Shown here: positions 41,819 to 51,804 of the stretch, piece by piece
Layout of the letters: every line of letters starts with the position of its first letter
Numbering within the stretch: the first letter of the stretch is position 1
DNA from: a virus
DNA: 64,000 nucleotides
Reading direction: 5' to 3' (one strand)
IMG/VR virus record: IMGVR_UViG_3300050821_008162
Coordinates: 5,430 to 69,429 of that record
Translations under genes and position numbers: made by a program
Notes under the pieces: model-generated
Told to the model about the DNA's origin: nothing
What the model saw: only the letters and a program-made list of their open reading frames with translations
The model's database searches: none

Positions 41819-43599
41819 CAGTTCGCCCGGCGCGTGCCCATGGGCCGGACATAGGCGGTGGGCTTGCCGAACCGGAAATACTGCCCGAGGCCGTTGCCCG
41901 CGAGGAGGAGCGAGAGGAAGCGCCCTGCGATTCGAAAATCGACCATACCGCCCCTGGTCATGGTCTCGGTCTCGGTGTCGATCGTTCCCTGATCGATCTC
42001 GTCGTAGGCATTGACCGTCGCGGAAACCGTCCCGGTGAGCGCAAGCCAGTCGAAGCGGACGCCGTCGACCAGCATGTTCGTCCCGCTTTCTTCCAACTCC
42101 GTCGGAGCGAGCTCCATGCTCCAGGAGATCGCGACGCCGTTGTTGTCGTAGCCCTGCTCGTGCTGGTAGATGAAGCCGTCGGTGAAGGGGATGTAGGGCG
42201 ACGTGTTGCCCTGGGTGAAGTGTGTCCCCGCGTGCCGACCCTCGTTGAGCGGCCACCAGCATTGCTGGTCGATCGAATAGACCACCGTCTTGGTCGGGTT
42301 CTGCTGGCCCGAGACCGTGTAGCAAAACCGGATCTCGTTGAACTTTGGAATGTAAGTCGCCGTGCAGCTGTAGGCGTAGTTCTGGTCGAGCGCGTCATAG
42401 ACCGCGCGGCGGATGTCCTCGACCTGCGGGATCGGGCGGACCGAGCCGTCGTACATGAAGAAGTTGTCGGTCCCCATCCAGAACGCCACGCCGTTGATGG
42501 TGACAACCGCGTTGGGACCGATGAGACCGCAGTCCTTGCCGGCAAGGGACGAGTTGTAGACGTACTGGTTGCCGGAATACTGGAAGAGATAGGCCGCAGC
42601 ATCCGACCACACCATGCTGACGAAGGGCCCGAGCACGCGGCCGCCAACCAGCTTGGTTCCCTCCGTGAGGGTGCGGGTGTTCGCAGTATTCGAGGATGCG
42701 GGCGTCCAGACGGTGAAATCGCCCTGCGTGCACCACGCCACCACCATGCTCTCGCGCAGCGCAAAGACGAACCGCTCCGGCGTCACGAAGAGGGCGCGGC
42801 AGTCGGTTGGAGCCGAGGCGTCCACCTTCACTGCGCGAGGCCACGGCTGCGCCTGCGTCGGATCGAATTGATAGACCGTTCCGCCGTTGTAGGTCGCGAC
42901 CAGGAACTTGCCGAAGTGATCGAGCGACCAGACGCGCGGCTCGATCACGATGGTCGAGCTCGAATGGGCCGAGCCGTAGGTCCCGAGGCCGTAACCACCG
43001 ACGCCGTAGCCGAGGCCGAAGGCGGGGTTTTCCGTTCCTACTGAAATCTCGAACTGGTAGGCGACGGAAGCGCCGCCACCGGTGGTCGAGGCATTGGCAT
43101 TGCTGCCGGCCACAAAGGTCAGGTTGTTCGAGTCGACGATGGTGGCGACGATCCATGTTCCGTTCATCGTGACGGTGGCGACGGCGCTCGCGCCGGAGAT
43201 GATGAGCGTGTCGCCTGCCTGCGCGCCATGCGCCGTGAGGGCGAACTGAACCGAGGGAGAGCCGCTCGTCGTCGTGAACGGGTTGCTGCCGGCTGTCCCG
43301 CTCGTCCGGATCGGCGTGACGTCGTTCTGCGCGAAACTCGAGTCGTAGATGTAGAGCTTGCGATAGGTGCCGGTGGCGATGAAGTTGTCGGCCTGGTTGT
43401 CGCGCCAGGCGTGAGCGATGCGGGGCTGCCCGGAGGCCGGGGTCGAGACGGCGACGATGTTGCCGCCGTTCTTCTGCGGCCTCCCGCGGACCCAGCGCAC
43501 GCCATCGCTGTTGAGCCATCGCCCTTCAGCGGCTCGCTTGCTCTCGGTGAGGATCACACCCGGCGGGGGCGTGATGGTGAGAGGACGCGCAGCGGCCAT
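41818..43599 (-). CDS. Tail nozzle/stabilisation protein (P22 gp10/T7 gp12-like) with inserted beta module
   Basis: PPPGV...GRW..SDGVRW.RGRPQKNGG, WSLDHFG, CGLIGPNA, FWMG...FFMYDG, FNEIRFCY. Confidence 0.8.
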   Translation of the reverse strand: MAAARPLTITPPPGVILTESKRAAEGRWLNSDGVRWVRGRPQKNGGNIVAVSTPASGQPRIAHAWRDNQADNFIATGTYRKLYIYDSSFAQNDVTPIRTSGTAGSNPFTTTSGSPSVQFALTAHGAQAGDTLIISGASAVATVTMNGTWIVATIVDSNNLTFVAGSNANASTTGGGASVAYQFEISVGTENPAFGLGYGVGGYGLGTYGSAHSSSTIVIEPRVWSLDHFGKFLVATYNGGTVYQFDPTQAQPWPRAVKVDASAPTDCRALFVTPERFVFALRESMVVAWCTQGDFTVWTPASSNTANTRTLTEGTKLVGGRVLGPFVSMVWSDAAAYLFQYSGNQYVYNSSLAGKDCGLIGPNAVVTINGVAFWMGTDNFFMYDGSVRPIPQVEDIRRAVYDALDQNYAYSCTATYIPKFNEIRFCYTVSGQQNPTKTVVYSIDQQCWWPLNEGRHAGTHFTQGNTSPYIPFTDGFIYQHEQGYDNNGVAISWSMELAPTELEESGTNMLVDGVRFDWLALTGTVSATVNAYDEIDQGTIDTETETMTRGGMVDFRIAGRFLSLLLAGNGLGQYFRFGKPTAYVRPMGTRRAN

Positions 43600-43788
43600 C
43601 AGGGCTGGACTCGCCCGGCCGACGGTGAGATGCTCGGCGTCAATCCCGGAGCCCAGTCATGCGAATGGACTTTCTCGTGATCGGCCTGATCTGCTTGGCG
43701 ATCGCTGGCGCATCGATTGCGCTCGATGGTGAGCCCACCTGCGTCAAACAGGGGGCCGCCTCGGTTCTTTGGCACGGCGCCTGCTGAC

Positions 43789-45216
43789 TCAACGCTTGAT
43801 GAGGCGGTTGCAGATCGTCGCTGGCGGGACGACGTTGTGCGCACCACCGCCCGGCGGTGATGCACCGCCTCCAGTCGCTGGAACGGTCGCCGTTATGCCC
43901 GTGGTGGCGGTGCTTGTGTTAACCGTACCTGTGACTTGCAGCGCATTGTTAGCGGCAAGGCTTGAGGATGCGCCGCCTCCTGATGGGACCGTATGAAAAT
44001 GCCCAGGATCGGTGATCGTGACTGGATGCGTATGCGCAGGGATTTCTCCGAACGTCAGCGTGTGCGCCTGCTCGCCGCCGGTGGCGTTGAGCTTGGTGCC
44101 GTCGATGCCCTGCGTGGTGGACTTGGTGAGGTTGCCCTTCGCCGTCCCACCAAGGTCGTCGCGGATGAACGGTGCAGCACCGCGTCGGTCCGGCAGATTG
44201 AAGGTGGTCGCGGCGTCACCCTGGCCGTAGGGCAGCGCGCGGATTGCAATGCCGGTCGCCGTTCCGGTCGCGGCCTGCGAGAGCGTCAGGGCGGTCGCGG
44301 AATTGATCGAGGCGATCGTCGTGCCGGTCGGGATGCCGGTGCCCTCGATCAGCGCCCCGACGAGACCCAAACCCCGCAGGTCCACCGTGAGATTGTCGAG
44401 CGTCGTGTTGGTGTGGGTGTTGCCGGTGATCGCAACGCCGCCGATTGAGTTCGGCGCGATCGCGGCAAAGAGCGCGGCGTCGGTCGTGCGGTTCTTGGTC
44501 TGCCCGACGGGGAAATACCAGCCGGTCGGCTCGACGAGGCCGGAGTAATCGATCTCGGCGCCGGACGGGATGTAGGCAACGCCCTGAACCTGGAAGGCGT
44601 TCGGCGAAAGGACATTGATGACGCTCGGGGTGGAGGCGCCAGCGCCAGTTATCTCAAGGACATCGGCGCCGTTGACCGTGACGCAAACGTCCTGCGTTCC
44701 CTTGCGGCGGATGCCGGTGCCCTGCTCGTTGAAGAAGGAAATGCCCGGGGCCGCGAGCGTGCCATCCGGGGCGAAGTATTGCGGATCGCCGAGCGAGGCA
44801 GAGCGGCCGACGAAGCAATTATTGTTGCCGTCGCACCAGACCTTGGCCCAGCCGGAGGGAATGGCGAGCGACGCCGACCCGGACGGCGTCTTGAATGTCA
44901 GTGTGTGTCCCGCGAGCGTGCAGCCGTTGTTGACGAGCCAGATCTTCGACAGGTTCGGCACCTGCACGATCTGATTTGACGCGAGCGTGCCGGAGAGGTC
45001 GAGGATCGCGTGGATCGCCCCCGACGGCCCGGCCGGCGGCGGAGAGGCGGACAGGTCGAGCGTCCCACCCGTAACCGTCTGCGGGTTGCGCCCCGCGATC
45101 GCGAGGTCGACCTCGTCCATGACACCGGAGTTGAGCAGCGAGCCCCAGGTGTTGTTGTTGTTGCCGATGCCCTGCTTGAGCAGTCCCAGCAACGCGGTGA
45201 ACGTGTCGCTCGCCAC
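43789..45216 (-). CDS. Tail fibre with tail-collar domain
   Basis: G.NNNTWG..LN N-terminus; EPTGWYFPVGQ...LFAAI...GDAATTFNLPDRRG; GGEQAHTLT..EIPAHTH; HNVVPP...NRLIK. Confidence 0.85.
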   Translation of the reverse strand: MASDTFTALLGLLKQGIGNNNNTWGSLLNSGVMDEVDLAIAGRNPQTVTGGTLDLSASPPPAGPSGAIHAILDLSGTLASNQIVQVPNLSKIWLVNNGCTLAGHTLTFKTPSGSASLAIPSGWAKVWCDGNNNCFVGRSASLGDPQYFAPDGTLAAPGISFFNEQGTGIRRKGTQDVCVTVNGADVLEITGAGASTPSVINVLSPNAFQVQGVAYIPSGAEIDYSGLVEPTGWYFPVGQTKNRTTDAALFAAIAPNSIGGVAITGNTHTNTTLDNLTVDLRGLGLVGALIEGTGIPTGTTIASINSATALTLSQAATGTATGIAIRALPYGQGDAATTFNLPDRRGAAPFIRDDLGGTAKGNLTKSTTQGIDGTKLNATGGEQAHTLTFGEIPAHTHPVTITDPGHFHTVPSGGGASSSLAANNALQVTGTVNTSTATTGITATVPATGGGASPPGGGAHNVVPPATICNRLIKR

Positions 45217-46107
45217 TTACGGGATCTCCACGTCGATGATTGAGCCGCGGCGGAAGCCCTCGTTCTCGACCATGATCGAGGACGCGAGAGCGGTGAGGCG
45301 CTGCACGAGCTTGTTGTATTCCTCGGTGTCGCGCATGAAGTCGGCCGCCGCCGCCTGGCACGCGGTGCGCACCAGTTGCGGATAGCGGTTGGTGAGGAAA
45401 TTGGTGGTGTTCGTCCCGGAGAGCTTCGCCAGCGACTGGTAGTAGATCAGGTGGCAGGAGCAATCCTGGGTGAAGGCGCCGTCGAACTTGATCGTCTCGT
45501 TCCAGATCGCCCAGCTGCGCGGGAAAGCCTGGACGAGGTTGTCGCACGAGTAGGTAGCGCCAGAACCCCCACCCGATCCTGCCCCACTGGCGGTGGTCCC
45601 AAGCACCGTGGTGTCGACCACGAAATTGTTCACGTCGGTTATAGAGGTGATCGGGAACGTCCCGTTCGGCGTGATCCCGTTGACCGCCGTTGCACCAGCA
45701 ATCGTGAACACGCCGCCCTGGTTGAAGCCGTGGCCGGCGAGATTGACGCTGACCGAGGCGGACAGGTTCGTGGTGGTGAACGGCGACGCCCCGAGGTTGC
45801 CGCTCGTGGTCGTGTAGGTGCGGCGCCGCTTGACGACGCTCTCATCCCGGTGCTGGAACTCCGTGTTCAGCGTCGGGCACCAGATTTCCCCGATCGGATC
45901 GAGGAAGCGGGCCGGCAGCACGATCTCCGAGTTGCCGGCCGGGATGCGGAAGAAATACTCCGTCATCATCTCGCGGACGCGCAGGGTGCCCCAGAGGAGC
46001 GCCTGCATTTCGTCGACGATCGTGACCTGATCGAGCTTGGTGTACGGAACCCAGTTGAGCAGGGATCCGGCAACACCTTTGCCGGCGATCAGGGTCGTAT
46101 AGTCCAC
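45217..46107 (-). CDS. Head-tail adaptor (tail tubular A-like) with inserted beta module
   Basis: MDYTTL...LRVREM...LPARFL...YYQ....LS..NTTNFLTNRYPQL. Confidence 0.75.
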   Translation of the reverse strand: MDYTTLIAGKGVAGSLLNWVPYTKLDQVTIVDEMQALLWGTLRVREMMTEYFFRIPAGNSEIVLPARFLDPIGEIWCPTLNTEFQHRDESVVKRRRTYTTTSGNLGASPFTTTNLSASVSVNLAGHGFNQGGVFTIAGATAVNGITPNGTFPITSITDVNNFVVDTTVLGTTASGAGSGGGSGATYSCDNLVQAFPRSWAIWNETIKFDGAFTQDCSCHLIYYQSLAKLSGTNTTNFLTNRYPQLVRTACQAAAADFMRDTEEYNKLVQRLTALASSIMVENEGFRRGSIIDVEIP

Positions 46108-46130
46108 GGGTCGGCCCCTGCCCTACCGGA

Positions 46131-46724
46131 TCAGTGCTTGAGGCTCGGGTCGGCAGGACCGAAACCGTCGAGGTAATGGCGCAGCGCCGGACCGACCTGC
46201 TCCTCGGGGACCAGTTTCTCGTCGAGCACTAGATCGATGACGAGATCCTTCTGGCGCGCGTGCACCTTGCCGTAGCGCATCTTCGCAGCCAGCTGCACGA
46301 GCCACGGCTCGTAGCGCAGCTGGCCCCGCAGCCAGGCGGCGAGGTTGACCTCCATCGCGAGCTTCTCGCGGGCCGCCGGCGAGGAGAACTCGTCCACCTG
46401 CTCCGGCTCGTCCTCGGGGACGAAGCGCGCCATGCGCTCGAGTCGCCCCTCGAGGCGCTTAGCCATCGCGTCGGTCCACGGCGGCCGGAACTGCACCGGC
46501 TTGCCCTCGGCGTCGTGGCCCGACCACGGCTGGCGCTTGCCGGAATCGGGGAACAGGCTGCCGTCGAGCGCGAACGGGAAACCGTCCTGCCAGAAGGCGA
46601 TGCCGTAGTGCGGATCCTCGGGCGTGCGGTCGCCGTGCACGGTCGAGTGATCCCGACTGGGGTCGAGGGTCAGCGTCGGCAATTTGCGCGACGGCGCCTC
46701 GGCCGTCTGAAGTTCGGTGGTCAT
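46131..46724 (-). CDS. Hypothetical late-region protein
   Basis: SD GGAG before MTTELQ. Confidence 0.6.
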   Translation of the reverse strand: MTTELQTAEAPSRKLPTLTLDPSRDHSTVHGDRTPEDPHYGIAFWQDGFPFALDGSLFPDSGKRQPWSGHDAEGKPVQFRPPWTDAMAKRLEGRLERMARFVPEDEPEQVDEFSSPAAREKLAMEVNLAAWLRGQLRYEPWLVQLAAKMRYGKVHARQKDLVIDLVLDEKLVPEEQVGPALRHYLDGFGPADPSLKH

Positions 46725-46740
46725 GTCTGCTCCGAAAATG

Positions 46741-46766
46741 AAAAGGCCCGGCGCAATGCCGGGCCT
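46741..46766 (-). terminator. Intrinsic terminator
   Basis: AGGCCCGGC stem with TTTT on the minus strand. Confidence 0.7.
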
Positions 46767-46796
46767 CAAAACGACGGATCCGCCGTCGCGCGGGTC

Positions 46797-48269
46797 TTAA
46801 GCGACCTTCGGCAGGCTGGTCGCGATGCGGGACTGGATCGAGCGCACGACGCTCGCCCAGTCGCCTTTCCGCGGCTGCCGGATCAGCAGCGCGTCGGGAT
46901 ACCAAGGGGTCGTGTCGCCCCACCGCCAGCAGGGCTGGTGGCACAGCATGATCCAGGTGTGGGCGCCGAGAGAGGCGGCGAGGTGCGCAACCGAAGTGTC
47001 GACGGTGATGACGATGTCGAGCCAGCCGATCGCGTGCGCGGTCTGCCGCATGTCGGTGAGCTTGTCGGAAAGGTCGGTGAGGTGCCCTGCCTTCACCAGC
47101 GCATCGAACTCGATCCGGTCGCGGTCCGGGACGTCCTTTTGCAGGGAGAAGAACTTGACCCCGGGGGTGCGCCAGAGCGGCCCGAAGGCGGCGATCGGCA
47201 TCGAGCGATTTGCGTCGTTCGCCTGGCCCGGGTTACCCGCCCAGGCGATGCCGACGCGGGTGGCTGGATTGTGGAGGCTGTCGCCGATGAGCTTGCCCCA
47301 GCGGTCGCAGTCGGGGCAGTGGAACATCTGCTCGCGCGGCTCCCAGTGCGGGATGATGCCGAAGAAGCGCGGCAGCGACATGAGCGGCGAGTGCACGTCG
47401 TGCGCAGGCAGGTCCGTGTCGCTCGTCAGCAACTCGACCCCCTCGAAAGCGCCGGCGCACAGCGCGCGCAGCGCGGTGTGGACGTAGAGCAGGATGCGCG
47501 CCGGGCCCTTGTCGAGAACACGTTCCACGTAGCGCATGAACATGATCGAGTCGCCGTGGCCCTGCTCGCCCCAGAGGAGGATGGTCTTGCCGGCGAGGCT
47601 TTCGCCGTTCCAGCGCGGGGCCGTGGAGGGCATCCGGTAGATGCGCTCGCTCGACGCAAAGCGCGCCTCGTACTCGTCCCATGCGTCGGGGTGGCCGAGG
47701 TGCAGCTTGGAGATCGCGCGGTTGTAGCGGGCATCGCGGAAATCCGGATCGCGCGAGAGCGTCGCGTCGAACGAGGCGATGGCCTCGTGGTGACGGCCGA
47801 GCTTGTTGAGGGTGCAGCCGCGGTTGAAGTGCGCCACCGCGTTCTCCGGGACGAGAGCGAGAGCGCGATCGATCGCGGTCAGCGCCGCGTCGTGGCGCCC
47901 GACGCGCATCAGCGTGTTGCCGAGGCTGTTCCAGGCGATGGGATTGTCGGGCTGGAGATGGGTGGAAAGCCGCAGGTCGGCCTCGGACTCGTCGTAGTGG
48001 CCGAGCTCGCCCAGAAGCGTGCCCCGGTTGGAAAGCGCCGCCACATAGCGGCGGTCGGCCTTGAGGGCTCGTTCAAACAAGTAGAGCGCCTGAAACTTGT
48101 CCTGGCCGAACAGGAGACCGCCCAGCCGGTTATAGGCCTTGGCGTTCTTCGGGTCGGCCTTGATGATGGCGCGCAGCACCTTCTCGGCGTCCGCCGGACG
48201 GCCTTCCGCCTCGAGCTTTGCGGCGAGGGCCAGTGCTTCCTCGCCGGTGAGTATCTGTTCGGTTTTCAT
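46797..48269 (-). CDS. TPR-repeat protein with GT-B (GT9-like) glycosyltransferase domain
   Basis: Several TPRs, then WDEYEAR, PRWNGESLAGKTILLWGEQGHGDSIMFMRY, VGIAWAGNP, FFSLQK, LDIVITVDTSVAHLAASLG. Confidence 0.9.
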   Translation of the reverse strand: MKTEQILTGEEALALAAKLEAEGRPADAEKVLRAIIKADPKNAKAYNRLGGLLFGQDKFQALYLFERALKADRRYVAALSNRGTLLGELGHYDESEADLRLSTHLQPDNPIAWNSLGNTLMRVGRHDAALTAIDRALALVPENAVAHFNRGCTLNKLGRHHEAIASFDATLSRDPDFRDARYNRAISKLHLGHPDAWDEYEARFASSERIYRMPSTAPRWNGESLAGKTILLWGEQGHGDSIMFMRYVERVLDKGPARILLYVHTALRALCAGAFEGVELLTSDTDLPAHDVHSPLMSLPRFFGIIPHWEPREQMFHCPDCDRWGKLIGDSLHNPATRVGIAWAGNPGQANDANRSMPIAAFGPLWRTPGVKFFSLQKDVPDRDRIEFDALVKAGHLTDLSDKLTDMRQTAHAIGWLDIVITVDTSVAHLAASLGAHTWIMLCHQPCWRWGDTTPWYPDALLIRQPRKGDWASVVRSIQSRIATSLPKVA

Positions 48270-48283
48270 GGTCTCCCCAAGCG

Positions 48284-48310
48284 AAACGGCCCCGGCGTGT
48301 GCCGGGGCCG
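48284..48310 (-). terminator. Probable terminator hairpin
   Basis: CGGCCCCGGC-acac-GCCGGGGCCG-TTT. Confidence 0.5.
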
Positions 48311-48339
48311 CCTTCGTAGTTGTCCTCCGTCGAGAACTC

Positions 48340-48678
48340 TTAGTGGTTCTCGATGATGACGTGGTCGACCGGGCCCGCCGCGCCCACGTCCCCGTCCGCC
48401 GGCGCTTCGGCGCCGTCGAGCGAGTGCGCGAGATTGCGGGTGCCGCCGTGGAAGGCGCGCTCGTCGTCGATGATCGACGACGGGATGTCGAGCGCGAGAT
48501 CCACGTTGTCCATCGCGACTGCGGTCAGGATGCTCTGACCCTTGCGATCGACCTTCTCGTGGTGGAGGCCCTCCGACTTGCCGTGTCCGCCGGTGAGAGC
48601 CTCGGTGATGAAACCTTCGCTCCCGCGTGCGACGCGGTCCTTGCCGTAGGGGTCGTGCGGTCCAGGGCCTTTCGCCAT
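48340..48678 (-). CDS. Hypothetical late protein
   Basis: SD AAAGGA; MAKGPGPHDPYG. Confidence 0.6.
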   Translation of the reverse strand: MAKGPGPHDPYGKDRVARGSEGFITEALTGGHGKSEGLHHEKVDRKGQSILTAVAMDNVDLALDIPSSIIDDERAFHGGTRNLAHSLDGAEAPADGDVGAAGPVDHVIIENH

Positions 48679-48689
48679 GGCACGTCCTT

Positions 48690-48905
48690 TCATTGTTCGA
48701 ATGAAGTATCCGGCCCCATGGGCGCAGGCCCGATGGCTCCGGAAACGGGTGGCGGATCGCCCTGACGCCGCGGGCTCGCCCGCGAGAGGCGAGTGAACCC
48801 ATCGTGAGCCGGCGAGCCGGTGTGAACGGCGTCGTCGAACTTCTCGATCGGGTGCGGGTCGTTGAGCTTGACCGGCTGGTTGCGCCGGCCTTGGAAGAGT
48901 CCCAT
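48690..48905 (-). CDS. Hypothetical late protein (71 aa)
   Basis: SD GGAGG; MGLFQGRRNQ. Confidence 0.55.
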   Translation of the reverse strand: MGLFQGRRNQPVKLNDPHPIEKFDDAVHTGSPAHDGFTRLSRASPRRQGDPPPVSGAIGPAPMGPDTSFEQ

Positions 48906-48949
48906 TGCGATCCTCCGGGATGAGGAAGGGGGCCGAAGCCCCCCTCCGG

Positions 48950-49447
48950 TTACTGGAACGAGATGCCGTGCCAGTCGATGAGGACCTTCACCAAGCCACC
49001 GCCGGCCGGCGTACCGCCGGTGCCGGCAAGATCGGTGATGACGAAGTTGGTGTCCTTCGGGATGCGCCCACCCCACGCGCGGAAGTTCGCATCGAGCGGA
49101 TAGCCGTCGAGCTCCACGTGGTGGGCGAAGTCCTGAAGGTTGCGCGGCGGGTTGCCGGTGATGGCTTCCTGCGACGCGCGATGGATGCCGGTGGCGTAGC
49201 CGAGGATGGCGGTCGTGCCGAGCCGATAGCGACCATAGGTCGAATCGGCCGACGACGTGCCAACGTCGATCTCCGGAACCGTGGTCGTGCCGACCAGAGA
49301 GGTCGCCACGTCAACCATGATGTCGCGCACGAAACCGGTGCAGCCCTTCGGGCCGATCATGTTGTGCGTGACGGTGGTGGCGCCGAAGGTCGTGTCGTTG
49401 AAAACGTACTCTTCCTTCTGCACCGAGCCAGCGTGATCGTAAGACAT
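48950..49447 (-). CDS. Capsid decoration/cement-like protein
   Basis: Directly after MCP; beta-rich; SD AAGGAG. Confidence 0.6.
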   Translation of the reverse strand: MSYDHAGSVQKEEYVFNDTTFGATTVTHNMIGPKGCTGFVRDIMVDVATSLVGTTTVPEIDVGTSSADSTYGRYRLGTTAILGYATGIHRASQEAITGNPPRNLQDFAHHVELDGYPLDANFRAWGGRIPKDTNFVITDLAGTGGTPAGGGLVKVLIDWHGISFQ

Positions 49448-49477
49448 TGTGTCTGTCTCCTTTTCCTGCTGGCCCGA

Positions 49478-50470
49478 TCAGGCCGCCGAGTCCCACATCA
49501 CGATGCGCGCGTTCGTCGCATCGGTGTGGACCAAGCCAAACCCGCCGAGGTAGTACCAGGCGATGCCGCGCGACCGACCGTAGTCGCCCGGGATTTTCGC
49601 GCGGATCTCTTCCGGGATACACACAGCCTCAGTGACCGTGTCCCCTCCCATGATGAAGGCCCAGGACGAGAGACCGTTGGTCCACGCCTGCGCAGTCCCG
49701 CCCCACGGATCGTACGTGGTCGCGTTCGCCGCGCCGCCCTTCGGGATGAAGGTCTGCTCGATGTAGCGGGTCGACTCGTAGCGGCCGATCTCGCCGTTGA
49801 AGATCATCGCGAGACCAGTCTCCGTGTACTGGTGGATGGTCTCGAGGCTGTTCTTCAGGTTTCGCCAGGTGGTCGGATGCGACACGCCGACGTAGTCGTC
49901 CGCGGTGAAGGGCGGGATGTTCCGTTCCTTCATCGTGTCGACGATGGCCTTCGCGTGTCCCGTCCCGTAGGCGAGGTTGTTCGTCACCGAGGCAGTGCTG
50001 TTGGTGTCGAGGTTGATCGCCGTGGCGGAGTTGCCGCCGCTGGGCTCTGCGCGCAGCGGGGTGTTCTTGAACTGCAAATACGATTCGATGTCGAAGTATT
50101 TGCGCGCGTCATCTTTCAGCGTCTTGTCGATGATCGCTGCGACCTGATGCTTCGCCATCGCGAGCAGCTTGCCCGAGTACGGGACGGAGTTGCCCGCCTC
50201 GAACACGGTGAGACTGTGCTGCTGCATGGTGAAACCGGTCTCCGGGATTGGCGCACCCTCATCCAGGCGACGGCCTTGCGTCCCCAAATTCGAGTAGACG
50301 TCCCAGAAATACTTATCGCCGCGGTTGAGACCCTTCTCGGTCCCATCCTCGGCGTCGCACAGCTGTCGCATCTTGGTCAGCGGCTGGACTTGCTGCCGGA
50401 GAACGTCCGAAAGCTCGTCGCTATACATGAAGCCGCCTTCCGCAGCGACAGCCCAAAGCTGTCCTGCCAT
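49478..50470 (-). CDS. Major capsid protein, N4-gp56-like
   Basis: LS..LR...QP..K.RQ.CD, EAGNSVPYSGKL, YVGVSHP, GEIGRYE..R.IEQ, IPGDYGRSRGIAWYYLGGFG. Confidence 0.9.
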   Translation of the reverse strand: MAGQLWAVAAEGGFMYSDELSDVLRQQVQPLTKMRQLCDAEDGTEKGLNRGDKYFWDVYSNLGTQGRRLDEGAPIPETGFTMQQHSLTVFEAGNSVPYSGKLLAMAKHQVAAIIDKTLKDDARKYFDIESYLQFKNTPLRAEPSGGNSATAINLDTNSTASVTNNLAYGTGHAKAIVDTMKERNIPPFTADDYVGVSHPTTWRNLKNSLETIHQYTETGLAMIFNGEIGRYESTRYIEQTFIPKGGAANATTYDPWGGTAQAWTNGLSSWAFIMGGDTVTEAVCIPEEIRAKIPGDYGRSRGIAWYYLGGFGLVHTDATNARIVMWDSAA

Positions 50471-50505
50471 TTAAGGCTCCTTACAGACTTAGCGTTGATG
50501 TGAGA

Positions 50506-51804
50506 TCAGGCGACGACGCGACCGCGTGGCTCCGCGCGTCTGCGTGCCATTGCGGCGACGACTTCGGAGCGGCTGCGTTGCTGCGGCTGCCCCTGGTCTG
50601 CTCGCGGTGTCACCGATCGGTTGGGTTGCTGCGGGATCGTCTCACGACGCTGCGTGCGGTCGACTTTGACCTCGACGCGCGGCTTCGCCGTGGGAATTTG
50701 ATCCTGCGGGGTCTCGGCCGGGGTTCCCTTCCACTTCCGGAAATCGCTGACGGCCGTCTCCATGAGATCGTTCATGGGACGGACCTTCGCGCCCTCGTGC
50801 CGATAGTGGAGGTGCCAACGGCCAAGCTCCTTCTGATCGGTTGGATTGGGCAACTGCGCTTCCGTAAAGCCGAGTGCCTTGAGATCCTCGTACTGCATTG
50901 CCGCGACGTCGGTCTTGACTGCGGCGACTGCCTTCGGATCGGAGGCGATGTCGGGATGTTTTGTCTTGAGGTCCTCGAGCGTCTTGAAATTCCGCGCGAG
51001 CTCATCGCGTCGGCGGTCCTCTCGCAACGTCTCTTGGGCTCCTTGTTTGGCCCCCTTCGCGACGACTCCCTCCACGATCGTCTTGAGGGTCTTTGCGGCC
51101 TCCTCCGGCGCCTCGAATTGCAGCTGCTTGACTGCATCGACCCACGGATCGACGGCCTCCTCGGCGGGGTGTTCGCCGCTGGCCTCGGTTCCGGGTGCCG
51201 GAGTTTCCGTGGTTTCGCTGCCGGGGTGTTCGGCGGCCGGGCCACGGACCCGTTGTTCGGTCTGCTGAAGCAGCGTGTTCACGCGCGTCAGTGTGGACGA
51301 TGCCTCGTCGGCCTTGCGACGCGCTTCGTCCATGTAACTGTCGCCAGCGAGGCCACGCTGGGCCGCGGCGAGCAATTCCTCTTCGGAGAGTTCGAGCTCC
51401 TGGCCGCGCACCTTCACCTTGCGCTTGACCACCAGAGGCTGCTCGGTCTGCTCGGTCTGCTGCTGCTCCGGCTCGCTCTGCGCGGTCATCTCCGGCGGCA
51501 CGCCCTGGTTGGCGAACGCGCGCAACTCGGCGACGTCGTCGGCTTCCTCGCTGCGCACGCGGCGCTCGCTGAAACGCTTTGCAATCTCGGCGCGCGGGTC
51601 CGGCCGGACCTGCGGCGCCTGGCGCTCCTCGGTCTGCTCCTGAGCGCGGATACCGCCATTTCCTTCGGTGCCGACGTCATCGGGACCGGTGGTCTCAGCC
51701 GACTGCTCGATGATCCCATCGCTCGGATTGCCATCCCGCGGCACCTCTTTCCGGTCGATGCGGCCTTGGGCTTCGGCGATCTGCTCAGCTTTGCTCGGGG
51801 GCAT
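50506..51804 (-). CDS. Scaffolding protein
   Basis: Acidic; KVKVRGQELELSEEELL...Q; directly upstream of MCP. Confidence 0.75.
   Translation of the reverse strand: MPPSKAEQIAEAQGRIDRKEVPRDGNPSDGIIEQSAETTGPDDVGTEGNGGIRAQEQTEERQAPQVRPDPRAEIAKRFSERRVRSEEADDVAELRAFANQGVPPEMTAQSEPEQQQTEQTEQPLVVKRKVKVRGQELELSEEELLAAAQRGLAGDSYMDEARRKADEASSTLTRVNTLLQQTEQRVRGPAAEHPGSETTETPAPGTEASGEHPAEEAVDPWVDAVKQLQFEAPEEAAKTLKTIVEGVVAKGAKQGAQETLREDRRRDELARNFKTLEDLKTKHPDIASDPKAVAAVKTDVAAMQYEDLKALGFTEAQLPNPTDQKELGRWHLHYRHEGAKVRPMNDLMETAVSDFRKWKGTPAETPQDQIPTAKPRVEVKVDRTQRRETIPQQPNRSVTPRADQGQPQQRSRSEVVAAMARRRAEPRGRVVA

Noticed and set aside
43599-43865. 88-aa ORF between fibre and nozzle
   Set aside because: No SD or recognisable composition; may be a non-coding spacer
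48924-48947. cUUCGg hairpin after the decoration gene as a terminator
   Set aside because: No U-tract; more likely an mRNA stability or processing hairpin
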